Positions 12,019 to 22,043 of a stretch of DNA of 64,000 nt are shown here, piece after piece. A program made the translations under genes and the position numbers. The first letter of the stretch is position 1, and the number at the start of each line of letters is the position of its first letter. Source of the DNA: an uncultured Verrucomicrobiae bacterium (GTDB taxonomy: Bacteria; Verrucomicrobiota; Verrucomicrobiia; Chthoniobacterales; UBA10450); NCBI GenBank assembly GCA_963807435.1, contig CAWECA010000013.1, positions 96,805 to 160,804 of the forward strand. The letters are read 5' to 3'. Below the pieces are notes generated by a model. The model searched no databases. It was given only the letters and a program-made list of their open reading frames with translations, and had not been told where the DNA came from.

Positions 12019-13043
12019 TCCGGTTCGCCAAGCTCATGTTCCAGCGTGACGACTTCTTCTTCCATTTCACGTAATTTCACGTGTCCCTCCGAGCCACTTG
12101 GTTTGTAAAACAGGTAAACCACGGCGCCTGGAAGACAGCAAACGAGAATAATCAGGAAGCTCAGCGATCCAATAAGGATGGCCTTTGCTTCCGACACCCC
12201 ACAGAGTCCGTGGAGCATGATTTGCAAAATTTTCTCGCGAATTCCAACTCCGGCAAAACTGATAGGCAACGCGGAAATCGTTCGTTCCACCGGCATGATG
12301 GCAAAAAAATCAACCAGCGGTACATGAACTCCCAGCGCGAACGCGGCAAACAGAAAAGTGCTAAACGTTGCGAGGTGCGCAAGGATCGACGCCCCGAATG
12401 CAACCAGGGTTGCTCGCCAATGACGCGCATAAAGATGATAGGCTGCGAAGATCTCAATCAATTTGTCGCGCCCCGGAAAATGTGCCGGCAAGAAGTGGAA
12501 CAGTTTGAATCCACTGATGACAAAAGTGGTAAGTAGAAAGGCAATCGACGCGCCCAGCAGCGTGAGCAAGAGCCAAAGTAAATTCCGGGTCTCCGGTTTT
12601 TGAGAAAGAAAATCGTATCGCACTGTTATGAGAGTGGCGGTAATGGCGACCAGAGCGACCAAGCCGATGAACCGGTCGAATACTACTGCCAGTAATGCGC
12701 CCGCTTTCTTGTCGGGCGTTTCCTTCAGCAGGTAGTAGCTTTTGATGATGTCGCCGCCGGTGCCTCCCGGGAAGAACTGGTTATAGAACAGCCCGATATA
12801 AAACAGCCCGGCGAGACGCGGGAGGCTGAGGCGGATGTTTTGCACTTTCAGCAATACGTGCCAGCGAAACGCAGCCGCGGCTTCCACGACAGCATAGGCC
12901 AGCAAGCCCACAAATACCCAGCGATACTCCGCGTGTCGGAGTGCTTCTATCATCTGGGCCCGCCTGTTTGGATCGTGATAAACCCAGTACAGCAAGCCGA
13001 TGGTGACGCTAAGTTGGAAAAGTGTGATGAGAGCCTTTTTCAT
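12015..13043 (-). CDS. flippase-like membrane protein (lysylphosphatidylglycerol-synthase TM region / UPF0104 family)
   Basis: 342 aa with about 8 TM helices. The motif FYNQFFPGGTGGDIIKSYYL is characteristic of the LPG_synthase_TM family. Both gene junctions overlap by 4 nt. Confidence 0.65.
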   Translation of the reverse strand: MKKALITLFQLSVTIGLLYWVYHDPNRRAQMIEALRHAEYRWVFVGLLAYAVVEAAAAFRWHVLLKVQNIRLSLPRLAGLFYIGLFYNQFFPGGTGGDIIKSYYLLKETPDKKAGALLAVVFDRFIGLVALVAITATLITVRYDFLSQKPETRNLLWLLLTLLGASIAFLLTTFVISGFKLFHFLPAHFPGRDKLIEIFAAYHLYARHWRATLVAFGASILAHLATFSTFLFAAFALGVHVPLVDFFAIMPVERTISALPISFAGVGIREKILQIMLHGLCGVSEAKAILIGSLSFLIILVCCLPGAVVYLFYKPSGSEGHVKLREMEEEVVTLEHELGEPE

Positions 13044-13954
13044 TCACCAAAACGTTCTTTCCAAACTCGAACCGATTTGCGAATCGCATCCGCCGTTTTA
13101 TTCGGACTCATCTCCCAAACAAATAAGCAATTTACGGGAAGGAGCGGAACAAGTTTTTCAAAATGCACGCCACCCGTGAAGGGTGGCTCATGATCCCTGG
13201 CGGGCCAAACGCAATCCTGGACGTGGCAGCCAAACGTCCGCGCTCCGATTGTGCGCAGCCATTCGTCGTGATCTGTAAAGCCCAGGTTCTCTTTGATTTG
13301 CGAGTGCCCGAAATCATGCCAATATCCGATTTGCCCTGAATTCAAATCATCGAGTAACGTAATCAATTCGCGCTCGCTTGGAATTTCCTCGAAGCCGCGC
13401 CGGCTCTCCAGTGCTATCCCCACATTCCTCGAAGCGGCATGCTCGACGATCCGACGCAGGCAGTCTTTCACGCGTTCTAAATGCGGGGGTGCGCGTCGCT
13501 CGCGTGTTACCACCGCTCTCAGTTTCTCTCGCACATAATCACGTGAGAGGTGTTTCCCTTCCTTGATCATTTTGATCAGTCGCTCGGTGATTGGTCGCAT
13601 TTGTACCTCACCTAGGTGCAACACCACAAACGGTGCACCTAATTGGCCGGCAAAGTCGATTGTCTGAAATGTTTGTTTGAGGGCGCGCTCGCGTTCCTCT
13701 GTGGAAGAAGCGGATAACTGATAACAATCGGGTGAAGCCATCATTATTTCGACTGGCAACGGACAGAAGTTGTGCAAACTGCTGAAGCGAACTTCGCCTG
13801 CGTCGAACATTTTTTGAATTCCGGGAACCAGCGACAGCCGGATGCCGTGTCCAAGCTCGATCAAGTCAAACCCCAGTTGGTCTTTGATTTCCCGCAACAT
13901 TTGATCTCCGGCGGTATGCCGTCCGGAGTTCCAGCACGTTGAGAATGAAATCAT
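13040..13954 (-). CDS. sugar phosphate isomerase/epimerase (xylose-isomerase-like TIM barrel)
   Basis: 304 aa; IELGH.., FVVLHLG, ALESR.., YWHDFGH metal-ligand-like pattern of the AP_endonuc_2/TIM-barrel family. Confidence 0.65.
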   Translation of the reverse strand: MISFSTCWNSGRHTAGDQMLREIKDQLGFDLIELGHGIRLSLVPGIQKMFDAGEVRFSSLHNFCPLPVEIMMASPDCYQLSASSTEERERALKQTFQTIDFAGQLGAPFVVLHLGEVQMRPITERLIKMIKEGKHLSRDYVREKLRAVVTRERRAPPHLERVKDCLRRIVEHAASRNVGIALESRRGFEEIPSERELITLLDDLNSGQIGYWHDFGHSQIKENLGFTDHDEWLRTIGARTFGCHVQDCVWPARDHEPPFTGGVHFEKLVPLLPVNCLFVWEMSPNKTADAIRKSVRVWKERFGE

Positions 13955-14024
13955 CGGCTAGTAGTAATCGATCTATGCTTAGTGCCGTTTCCAATGCAGG
14001 GCGTTTGTGCCAACGCCATTCGCA

Positions 14025-15308
14025 TTAGCAGACCGGCTCAATCTCAGGTTCCGGGGCAGGGGAAACCGGCTGATCGCAGACGTGCCGTCCGGCAATGCTC
14101 AACACTATGAAAGCGGCGATTCCATAGATCACAGATGCGATCGTCAGGGTGGTTCGCATTCCGATGAGATCGGCGAAACCCGGCGTGATCAGGCCGGCGA
14201 TAGGCATCAGGCCAAAAAAACTCATACCCACAACGGCTGATACGCGACCGCGCAAATGCGCCGGCGCCTGTTCCTGCACGATCGTGTTTGTCAGGCCAAA
14301 ATTCATTGAGAGGGCAACGGCCATGCCGCCCATAGCGCACGCAGTCACCCAAAAATTTTGCGAAATGGACATGAGAAAAACACCCACCGCAATGGCTAGC
14401 ACGTTTCCGGTCATGAATTTCAAGCGATTCTCGCGCGCAACACTCAGCAATCCGATCGACCCAAGAAATGCGCCACTCCCGGAAATCGCCATAAGGCCCC
14501 CCATTGTTTTCGCGCCCAAATGGAGAATATCCCGCACATACAGAGGGAGCATCACTGAGATAGCCGGAAAAACAAAAATGGTGTTTAGCGCAATCAATGT
14601 AATGAGGGCGACAATGATCCGATTGGAGCGGACGTAACGAAATCCTTCCATAATCCCGCTTCGCCGTTGTTGTTCTTCTTCGGGAGTACCCAGGGGCCGT
14701 TTCGGTAGGGAAATGAGTGCTGCAATCAATGCTACAAAAGAAAACGCATTTGTGAAAAAGGCCGATGCCGCGCCCCACCACCCGACAAAAAGCCCGGCGA
14801 GCGACGGACCGATCAAACGCGATCCATGGAACACCGATCTATCCAGGGCAACGGCTGCGGCGATCTCATCCCGCTTCACCAATTCTGGCACCAGCGCGCT
14901 GATGGCTGGCATTTCGTAAGCGAAAGCAATCCCCAGAAGCATCGCGAAGAAAATAATATGCCAGATTTGGATCCCTCCGCTCATTACCAAGAATCCCAGC
15001 GCCACAGCAAAAATGATTTGCGCAATTTGCGTTGCTACGAGGATCTTGCGTTTATCCAGGCGGTCAGCCAGCGACCCGGCCACCGGAGCCAGGATCAACG
15101 CCGGCAATCCGGCCGCAAAGTTCACCAATCCAAGCAGAATTGCCTTGCTGGTGAGACCGCTCATGACCCAGCTCTGGGCCATCATTTGCATCCAGGTGCC
15201 GCTGTCGGAAATGAGCGAACCGATGATGTAACGGCGAAACGGTCCTTGGCGCAAAAGCGCAAACGACTTCGATCCCGCCCATTTTTCCTTCGCTGGCATG
15301 GCAAACAC
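14025..15308 (-). CDS. MFS transporter (EntS/MFS_3-like)
   Basis: 427 aa with a roughly 12-TM hydrophobic profile; motif-A-like GSLADRLDKRKIL after TM2. Confidence 0.8.
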   Translation of the reverse strand: MFAMPAKEKWAGSKSFALLRQGPFRRYIIGSLISDSGTWMQMMAQSWVMSGLTSKAILLGLVNFAAGLPALILAPVAGSLADRLDKRKILVATQIAQIIFAVALGFLVMSGGIQIWHIIFFAMLLGIAFAYEMPAISALVPELVKRDEIAAAVALDRSVFHGSRLIGPSLAGLFVGWWGAASAFFTNAFSFVALIAALISLPKRPLGTPEEEQQRRSGIMEGFRYVRSNRIIVALITLIALNTIFVFPAISVMLPLYVRDILHLGAKTMGGLMAISGSGAFLGSIGLLSVARENRLKFMTGNVLAIAVGVFLMSISQNFWVTACAMGGMAVALSMNFGLTNTIVQEQAPAHLRGRVSAVVGMSFFGLMPIAGLITPGFADLIGMRTTLTIASVIYGIAAFIVLSIAGRHVCDQPVSPAPEPEIEPVC

Positions 15309-15448
15309 TCATCGTTGTAGAGGCGTTTGTGTCAAACGCAGCAGGTTAATCTCCATGCCCGGGGCATAGCGCGCTTACGTACCGTGGAGAGGCAAATCGT
15401 GCTGCCCTGAAATATCGTCCGCAAACATTAGTTTGGATAATCAGCTGA

Positions 15449-17644
15449 TTACGACGATGTGTACCTGGGCAGGTTTAGCAGATTGTCGCGTTGATCGACA
15501 TTCGGTTCGAAAGGTTGTTCATGGTCTCGATAATACACGGTGATTTTTCCGTCCCGATGCATGGTGATAATATCGAGTTTACCCAGGCCAAGGGTCAGGA
15601 ATTTCTTTTTCTGTAAATCTGCAAACTCGAATGGCTCCAGGTCGAACTTCATTCTCTTGTCCAACTCAACCTTTAGTCGGCTGGGGAAGGCGATGGCCAC
15701 AGCCTGGTCTAGCTTGAAATTTACACGAGCGTTGATCTCATCCTCGGTCGGGGTCCTGCCAAGTTCCTGTTGCAGTTCTTCTATCGCCTGTTGCCGAAAA
15801 GCGGCCCCATTTTGCGTACGCAACTCCGAACGAAGGAGCTGTCTCGTGAGCTGCTCGATTTCCGCAATCTCGGTCAACGAAACGGAGAGTATCTTGTAAA
15901 TCTGGTGCTTGATCACATCCGCCTTCTTCGGCACATATTGAATTCTCTCCAGATGCTTGTCCTTTGCGCCCTTGTTCTCACTGGCCAGGCGATCGTTGAT
16001 TTGATCGATGCTGAGTGACACACGAAAGGATTCGATGTCGCTCTCAGGACTGAGTATCTCAACGAAAGGCATTCGATCCACAGCCGGAAAAATGAATATG
16101 AGATCGGTGTTGATGAAAGCCCGCAAATCCCTGGCTCGATATGAAAGACCGTTAAGCGCGCCTGTCTCGTCCCGGGTTGGCGCGCGAATAACCATGTCAG
16201 CCAGGGGTTCGAACTTTCTACCCACAAAGAGGTCATTGGCGCTAAAAGCGAACCCGGCATCATTGACCACTAAGTCGTCTACCGCCGCCTCCACGCGATG
16301 CGTCGTGAAGTATAGCGGATCCCAACGCCTTTTTTCTACGGTCAGTTTGTTCGGGAGTGTGTCCAGGAACGATGTCTTATCCAGTTCCGATTGAATCACC
16401 CCCGCGGCAGCATCTTCGCCAATTTTTTCGATGATTTTAATGATGAGAAGCGTGGCGAAGAAAAGCGACAATCCCAGTTTCGGCAGCACAACGGTGATCA
16501 CGGTTTCCAGAAAGAAAACGATGATTTTGCCCAAAGTGCTCAGTTGCAAATCGAAATCCAGGTCAAAATCTAGCAGCCCATTGTTCTGAATCGGGACCAG
16601 TCTGATCAGGAAATGGAAGTCGGGGTCGAAAAAGTTCTCTATGGAATACTCTCCATGGACGTCGATAACCAGAACGTTAGTGAAGGGTGAAGTACCGACG
16701 GCGCCTGGCGGTATTCGCAGTTCGGGGCGAACGGTGATGCTCTTGAGCTTCCCCTTTTTTTCCCCGTCTTGAAGCAGCGGATATTCAAACTCGTCTGGCC
16801 TCCCTTCCTTGGGCACCGCCATTTTTTGGAACAAATCATCGCCGAGCCGCTGATAGGTCTCCCGCGCAAAACCGAAAGCCATGCGAGAGTCTTTTGGCAG
16901 AAAATTTTGCGCGTCGTCGATATTTCCTCGATCAGGCAATAAGTCCGTACTCCGCGGACCATTTTGTAGCACCAGATTGATATAGATTCCTATGGCATTC
17001 GGCGTTTCCGCATCAGCCCAAAATTTTTTCAGTGCGATGGCGGCAATCTTGCCGCCTCCGGCTACCGAAAAATCGACGGTCCGGTCTACCTGTCTTTTCA
17101 TCGCAGCTAACGTGTCAGCCTTTGAAAAAACGGGGTTGCCGTCGTCGTCCGGTGGCAGATTCTCAGCCGTTTCAATCAAAGGGCCGCTAATGTCGAGCAA
17201 TTCTAATTTCAGACCGATATTGCTCAGCAGACCGTCGGCCCCAATGGTGGAGGCGAGCTCGAACTTAAGGTCAAGATTAACCGAGGCGACGTTCGAAATG
17301 ATCATTCTTTTCTCCGGGTGATCGAGATTGTTAATGATCGTCGGGTAAAGCCGTAGCCTGATATCCGCGCCAACCGGAGAATCCTGTAACAGCGTAACTG
17401 TGAATTCATCGGACCTTGCTGAATACGCCGTGATGCCGAGGTCGAGAAAAGGATTCTCGTGTCCTAAAAATTCCGGATGTACGGGATAAAGCCTCTTTTG
17501 GTTTAACTCCTCAGGCGGATGGGTGACGCTGGCGTCCGTGCGGACGTGATTTCCCTGAGCGTCTTTGACTTCGGTTTCGGAATACCACGGAATGGAACCG
17601 GTTTCCATGGAACTGAGCAGGAAATACTTGATGTACCTCTTCAC
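15449..17644 (-). CDS. hypothetical large membrane-anchored protein (no recognisable family)
   Basis: Uninterrupted 731-aa ORF with a central hydrophobic hairpin IIVFFLETVITVVLPKLGLSLFFATLLIIKII between two soluble regions of about 350 aa. I recognise no catalytic motif. Confidence 0.6.
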   Translation of the reverse strand: MKRYIKYFLLSSMETGSIPWYSETEVKDAQGNHVRTDASVTHPPEELNQKRLYPVHPEFLGHENPFLDLGITAYSARSDEFTVTLLQDSPVGADIRLRLYPTIINNLDHPEKRMIISNVASVNLDLKFELASTIGADGLLSNIGLKLELLDISGPLIETAENLPPDDDGNPVFSKADTLAAMKRQVDRTVDFSVAGGGKIAAIALKKFWADAETPNAIGIYINLVLQNGPRSTDLLPDRGNIDDAQNFLPKDSRMAFGFARETYQRLGDDLFQKMAVPKEGRPDEFEYPLLQDGEKKGKLKSITVRPELRIPPGAVGTSPFTNVLVIDVHGEYSIENFFDPDFHFLIRLVPIQNNGLLDFDLDFDLQLSTLGKIIVFFLETVITVVLPKLGLSLFFATLLIIKIIEKIGEDAAAGVIQSELDKTSFLDTLPNKLTVEKRRWDPLYFTTHRVEAAVDDLVVNDAGFAFSANDLFVGRKFEPLADMVIRAPTRDETGALNGLSYRARDLRAFINTDLIFIFPAVDRMPFVEILSPESDIESFRVSLSIDQINDRLASENKGAKDKHLERIQYVPKKADVIKHQIYKILSVSLTEIAEIEQLTRQLLRSELRTQNGAAFRQQAIEELQQELGRTPTEDEINARVNFKLDQAVAIAFPSRLKVELDKRMKFDLEPFEFADLQKKKFLTLGLGKLDIITMHRDGKITVYYRDHEQPFEPNVDQRDNLLNLPRYTSS

Positions 17645-17828
17645 CCATCAGGAACTCGACATCGAATCCGGAGGTGATTTTGTCTTGCTCTATCATTGCT
17701 CAAGCACGCGACGGGGCGCTTGCCAGGATCGTATTTCTTTCGCTTGGGGAAAGTCAAGCCCGGCGGACAACTTCCCGCTGAAACGACGGCAGGTTGCAAT
17801 AGTTGTATTGAATTGATTATCTTGATGG

Positions 17829-20400
17829 ATGCGCATCGACAAATACACGCAAAAGATGCAGGAAGCGCTGCAGGCCGCACAGGATCTCGCTTCGCAGGCG
17901 AATCATCCGGAGATTACCAATGAGCATTTTCTTTCGGCTCTCCTGGATCAGAGCGAGGGGATAACCCGGCCGCTCTTAGAGAAGATCGGAACAAACGTCG
18001 ATCAATTGCGCGAACAGGTGCGTTCGGAATTGGAACGACGTCCGACAATCCACGGTGCCTCGGCCGATTTGCGACTATCGAACGAGCTTCGCGGTGTGCT
18101 GGACAACGCAGAGAAGGAGATGTCGCGGCTCAAGGATGAATTTACCAGCGCCGAGCACTATTTGCTGTCATTAAGCGGCTCGAGCCTTCCTGCCGCGAAA
18201 CTTTTGAAGGACCTTGGTGTCACACGCGACAAGCTCATGCAAGGGCTCCAGCAGGTGCGAGGTTCCCAACGGGTAACCGACCAAAATCCGGAGGGCAAAT
18301 TTCAAACGCTGGAAAAATACGGACGCGATCTGACGGAGTTGGCTCGGCGCGGCAAGATCGACCCCGTAATCGGACGCGACGGCGAAATTCGCCGCGTGAT
18401 GCAGGTGCTTTCGCGCCGGACGAAAAATAATCCGGTCTTGATCGGTGATCCTGGTGTGGGCAAGACGGCGATAGTGGAAGGATTGGCGCGACGCGTCATA
18501 AGCGGCGACGTGCCGGACTCGTTGAAGAACAAGCGAATTATCGCCATGGATATCGGCGCGATGGTCGCGGGCGCAAAGTTCCGCGGGGAATTCGAAGACC
18601 GGCTCAAAGCGTTCCTGAAAGAAGTGACCGACTCGCAAGGGGCGATCGTTCTGTTCATTGACGAACTCCATACCATCGTCGGAGCCGGTGCAGCGGAAGG
18701 TTCTGTTGACGCATCGAACATGCTCAAGCCAATGCTGGCGCGCGGCGAACTACGCACTATCGGCGCGACGACGATCGACGAGTATCGGAAATACATCGAG
18801 AAAGACGCAGCATTGGAGCGACGCTTTCAGCCTGTGCTCGTGGGCGAACCAACCGTTGAAGACACAATCGCCATCCTGCGCGGACTGAAGGAGCGTTACG
18901 AAGTGCATCATGGTGTGAGAATCACCGACGGGGCACTCGTTGCTGCTGCAGTGTTGTCGCATCGATATATCACGGACCGTTTTTTGCCGGATAAAGCAAT
19001 CGATTTGGTCGATGAAGCGGCGTCGCGTTTGAAGATTGAGCTCGATTCGATGCCAACAGAGATCGACGTCATCGAGCGCCAGGTAATGCAGTACCAGATG
19101 GAACGGCAGGCGCTCAAAAAAGAAAAGGATCCCGCAAGCAAGGAACGCCTAAAGAAGCTCGAGAAAGAATTGGCAGGACTAAAGGAAAAGTCCAACGCGC
19201 TAAAGGCTGAATGGCAAAAAGAGAAAGCGGTCATTGACGAGCAGCGAAAAGTTAAGGAAGAGATCGAGCGATCGAGAACTGAATTAGAGCGTGCGCAGCG
19301 CCGTGGTGAACTGAGCAAGGCCAGCGAGCTTCAATACGGGCGCATTCCTGAATTGGAGAAAAAGCTCACTGATCTCACTGCGAAATCGGCCAGGACAAAA
19401 AAGCGTTTGCTCCGCGAGGAAGTAACCGAGGAAGACATCGCCGAGGTCGTGTCCAGTTGGACGGGAATTCCCGTTTCACGTTTGCAAGAAGGCGAACGCG
19501 AGAAGCTGGTAAAGCTTGAGGAGCATTTGCATTTGCGCGTGGTCGGTCAAGACGAAGCGATCAAGGCTGTGTCCAATGCCGTGCGGCGGGCTCGCGCTGG
19601 TTTGCAGGATCCAAATCGACCGCTGGGTTCATTTATCTTTCTCGGGCCGACCGGTGTTGGCAAAACCGAATTGGCCCGCGCGCTCGCTGAATTTTTGTTC
19701 GATGACGAGAACGCCATGATCCGCGTCGACATGAGCGAATACATGGAGAAACACACCGTAGCGCGGTTAATCGGCGCGCCGCCGGGGTATGTCGGCTACG
19801 AGGAAGGCGGCCAGCTTTCCGAAGCAGTCCGGCGCAAGCCGGTACTCGGTCGTGCTCTTCGACGAAATCGAAAAAGCGCATCCTGACGTGTTCAACGTGC
19901 TGTTGCAGGTGCTCGACGACGGTCGCATCACGGACGGTCAGGGGAGAACAGTCGATTTTAAAAACACGGTCGTGATCATGACCTCCAATATTGGCTCGCA
20001 ATACATCATTGAGGAAGAATCCCCGGAAGCCCGGCGGCGATTGGTGATGGACGCGTTACGTGCGCATTTTCGTCCGGAATTTTTGAATCGAGTCGATGAA
20101 ATAATCATCTTCGACCGGCTTAGTGAAGATGAGCTGAAGAAAATCGTGGAAATTCAGGTGGGCCGGCTGGCGAAACGTCTCGAACAACAGAAGATCACGC
20201 TCACGCTCTCCGATTCCGCCAAGGCATTACTCGCCCGCGAAGGATACGATCCAGTTTACGGCGCGCGACCGCTCCGGCGCGCTATCCAAAAAGAAATTTT
20301 AAATCCACTTAGTATCGACATTTTGGAAGGCAAAATCCGGGAAGGACAAACTGTCCACGTGGACGCCAAAGACGGCGTACTTGAATTTCGCGAAAAATAG
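17829..20400 (+). pseudogene. clpB: ATP-dependent chaperone ClpB, interrupted by a 1-nt frame change
   Basis: Track ORFs 17829-19886 and 19789-20400 are the two parts of ClpB. Both Walker A sites are present ([16 protein letters not shown]). The frame breaks at ..EAVRRKP|[28 protein letters not shown] (CCGG 19839-19842). Confidence 0.9.
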
Positions 20401-20420
20401 GTCTCACTACTGGCTCTGTA

Positions 20421-20786
20421 GTGGACACCAGGCCTAAAACGAACATCTGGTTTAACGGGCGCGAGTACGCGAACGCCGACGACATGCCGGTGGATGTCAG
20501 GGCGGCGTACGACCGTGCGGTCGACGACATGCCGCCGCTTCATTCAGGTGCCCGCATCGCCGCGAAGCTCAAGGCGAAGATCATCGTCAACGGCAGCGAA
20601 TTGAACAACGCGGGTGAAATGTCGGTGGAAGACCGGCATTCGCTACATGAAGCCCTCGAGGCGCTGGTAGCATTGAGCTCCGTGGTATCCACGCCCGAGA
20701 TCAATCGCGGGAAAAAGTTGTCAATTGTTATCGCAGCCAGGGGCTACTTGTCTCGCGCTGCTCGACTTCTTCGACTCAAGCGCTGA
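20421..20786 (+). CDS. hypothetical small protein with an internal repeat
   Basis: 121-aa ORF with a GTG start. It has two copies of the motif NG-x-E-x-x-NA-x-[DE]-M-x-V-[DE]-x-R (IWFNGREYANADDMPVDVR / IIVNGSELNNAGEMSVEDR). Confidence 0.4.
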   Translation: MDTRPKTNIWFNGREYANADDMPVDVRAAYDRAVDDMPPLHSGARIAAKLKAKIIVNGSELNNAGEMSVEDRHSLHEALEALVALSSVVSTPEINRGKKLSIVIAARGYLSRAARLLRLKR

Positions 20787-20896
20787 GCCGCACCGTCGCT
20801 TTAGAATCTTGTAACCCGACGGCCGTGCAACTTCGGCCTTCTCTACGGTTCCGTCGCTACGCGCGCTGCAAGAACAACTGCGGCTAAAACTTTCCA

Positions 20897-22021
20897 TTAC
20901 GCCGTCACTTCCTTGAACGCGGTCAAAAACGATTCCATCTCGGATTTCTTGCCGATCGTGAGACGCATGTGATTTGGCAGAGCGGGAAATAATCGCCCGA
21001 CGTGGACATGTTTTTGTTTCATCGCCTGAATGATCGGCACGACCGGACGTTTGCAGTCAATCATGATGAAGTTTGCTTGGGACGGAATCACTTCGTAGCC
21101 CAGTTTGTTGAGCTCACCAATTGTGAAGGCCCTCGCTTCCTTGTTTAATCGCTGACCGTTTGGAACGTGATCGGGATCGTCCAAACTGGCGCTGGCTGCG
21201 GCTAACGCCATGATATTTACGCTGTCCCACATTTGATAAGGGCGCATGCGCTGGATGGTGTCTTTTTGTCCAACGCAATAACCGCAACGTAATCCCGCCA
21301 TGCCGTAGATTTTCGAGAACGTGCGTGCAACGAGGAGATTCGGATGATCCTTCACCAGCGGGATCACACTTTCGTAGTCCGTGCTATCAGCGAAGTGAAA
21401 ATAAGCTTCGTCCACGAGGACCGTCGTTTCGCCCGGAGTTTTTGCGATGAAATCGCGCAACTCCTGCTTCGGTGTGATGCTCGCCGTTGGATTGTTCGGG
21501 TTGCAGATGTAAATGAGACCGCCGTTCGCGGCGGGAAGCATCTCCGGCAGGTCATGAGCGAAGGTGGGTGTCAGAGGTATTTTGACTATTTCGGCGCCAT
21601 TAACCCTGGCCTGTTCGAGAATCGCTTCAAAAGTTGGGTCCGCTGCGACGAGAGCACCGCGCTTTTCGCTAGTGAATGTTTCGGCGCACAGTTTCAAAAT
21701 CTCGCTGGAGCCGTCACCGAGCAGAATCTGTTCGCGACTAACGCCGTTCAGCTTTGCCAGCTTATCGATGAGAACGTTGTTATGTTCATCGGGATAACGG
21801 CAGGCAAGCGGGTAGGAATCAGTCATTGCCTTCAACGCTTTCGGCGACGGGCCGTAAGGATTTTCATTGGCGCTCAACCGCACGACGTTGCTCGCGACGG
21901 GAGCGTGCTCAGGCTGTGTGCCGAATGAAACCGTTGGCCGGACGAAAGCCGCTGCCGCGCTGGCGCCGAGGAGTTGCGCAAATTTTCGACGGGAAAAAGG
22001 AATCGCGTTCATGTCTGTCAC
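20897..22021 (-). CDS. PLP-dependent aminotransferase (HisC-like, class I/II) with a twin-arginine signal peptide
   Basis: LSANENPYGPSP, NPNNPT and SKIYGMAGLRCGY (PLP-lysine context). N-terminal SRRKFAQLLGASAAAAF looks like a Tat signal. Confidence 0.8.
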   Translation of the reverse strand: MTDMNAIPFSRRKFAQLLGASAAAAFVRPTVSFGTQPEHAPVASNVVRLSANENPYGPSPKALKAMTDSYPLACRYPDEHNNVLIDKLAKLNGVSREQILLGDGSSEILKLCAETFTSEKRGALVAADPTFEAILEQARVNGAEIVKIPLTPTFAHDLPEMLPAANGGLIYICNPNNPTASITPKQELRDFIAKTPGETTVLVDEAYFHFADSTDYESVIPLVKDHPNLLVARTFSKIYGMAGLRCGYCVGQKDTIQRMRPYQMWDSVNIMALAAASASLDDPDHVPNGQRLNKEARAFTIGELNKLGYEVIPSQANFIMIDCKRPVVPIIQAMKQKHVHVGRLFPALPNHMRLTIGKKSEMESFLTAFKEVTA

Positions 22022-22043
22022 TGATAAGGCGATTGGTCGAAGG

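Noticed and set aside
21867-22043. N-terminal extensions in ORF-track models (starts at 3711, 8432, 21867, 26786, 36272, 43678, 43567, 46077, 48738, 51910, 51830, 62752).
   Set aside because: The extensions overlap neighbouring genes or read through intergenic DNA. An internal ATG/GTG gives an N-terminus that matches the family, such as a signal peptide, P-loop or Rossmann motif at the usual distance.
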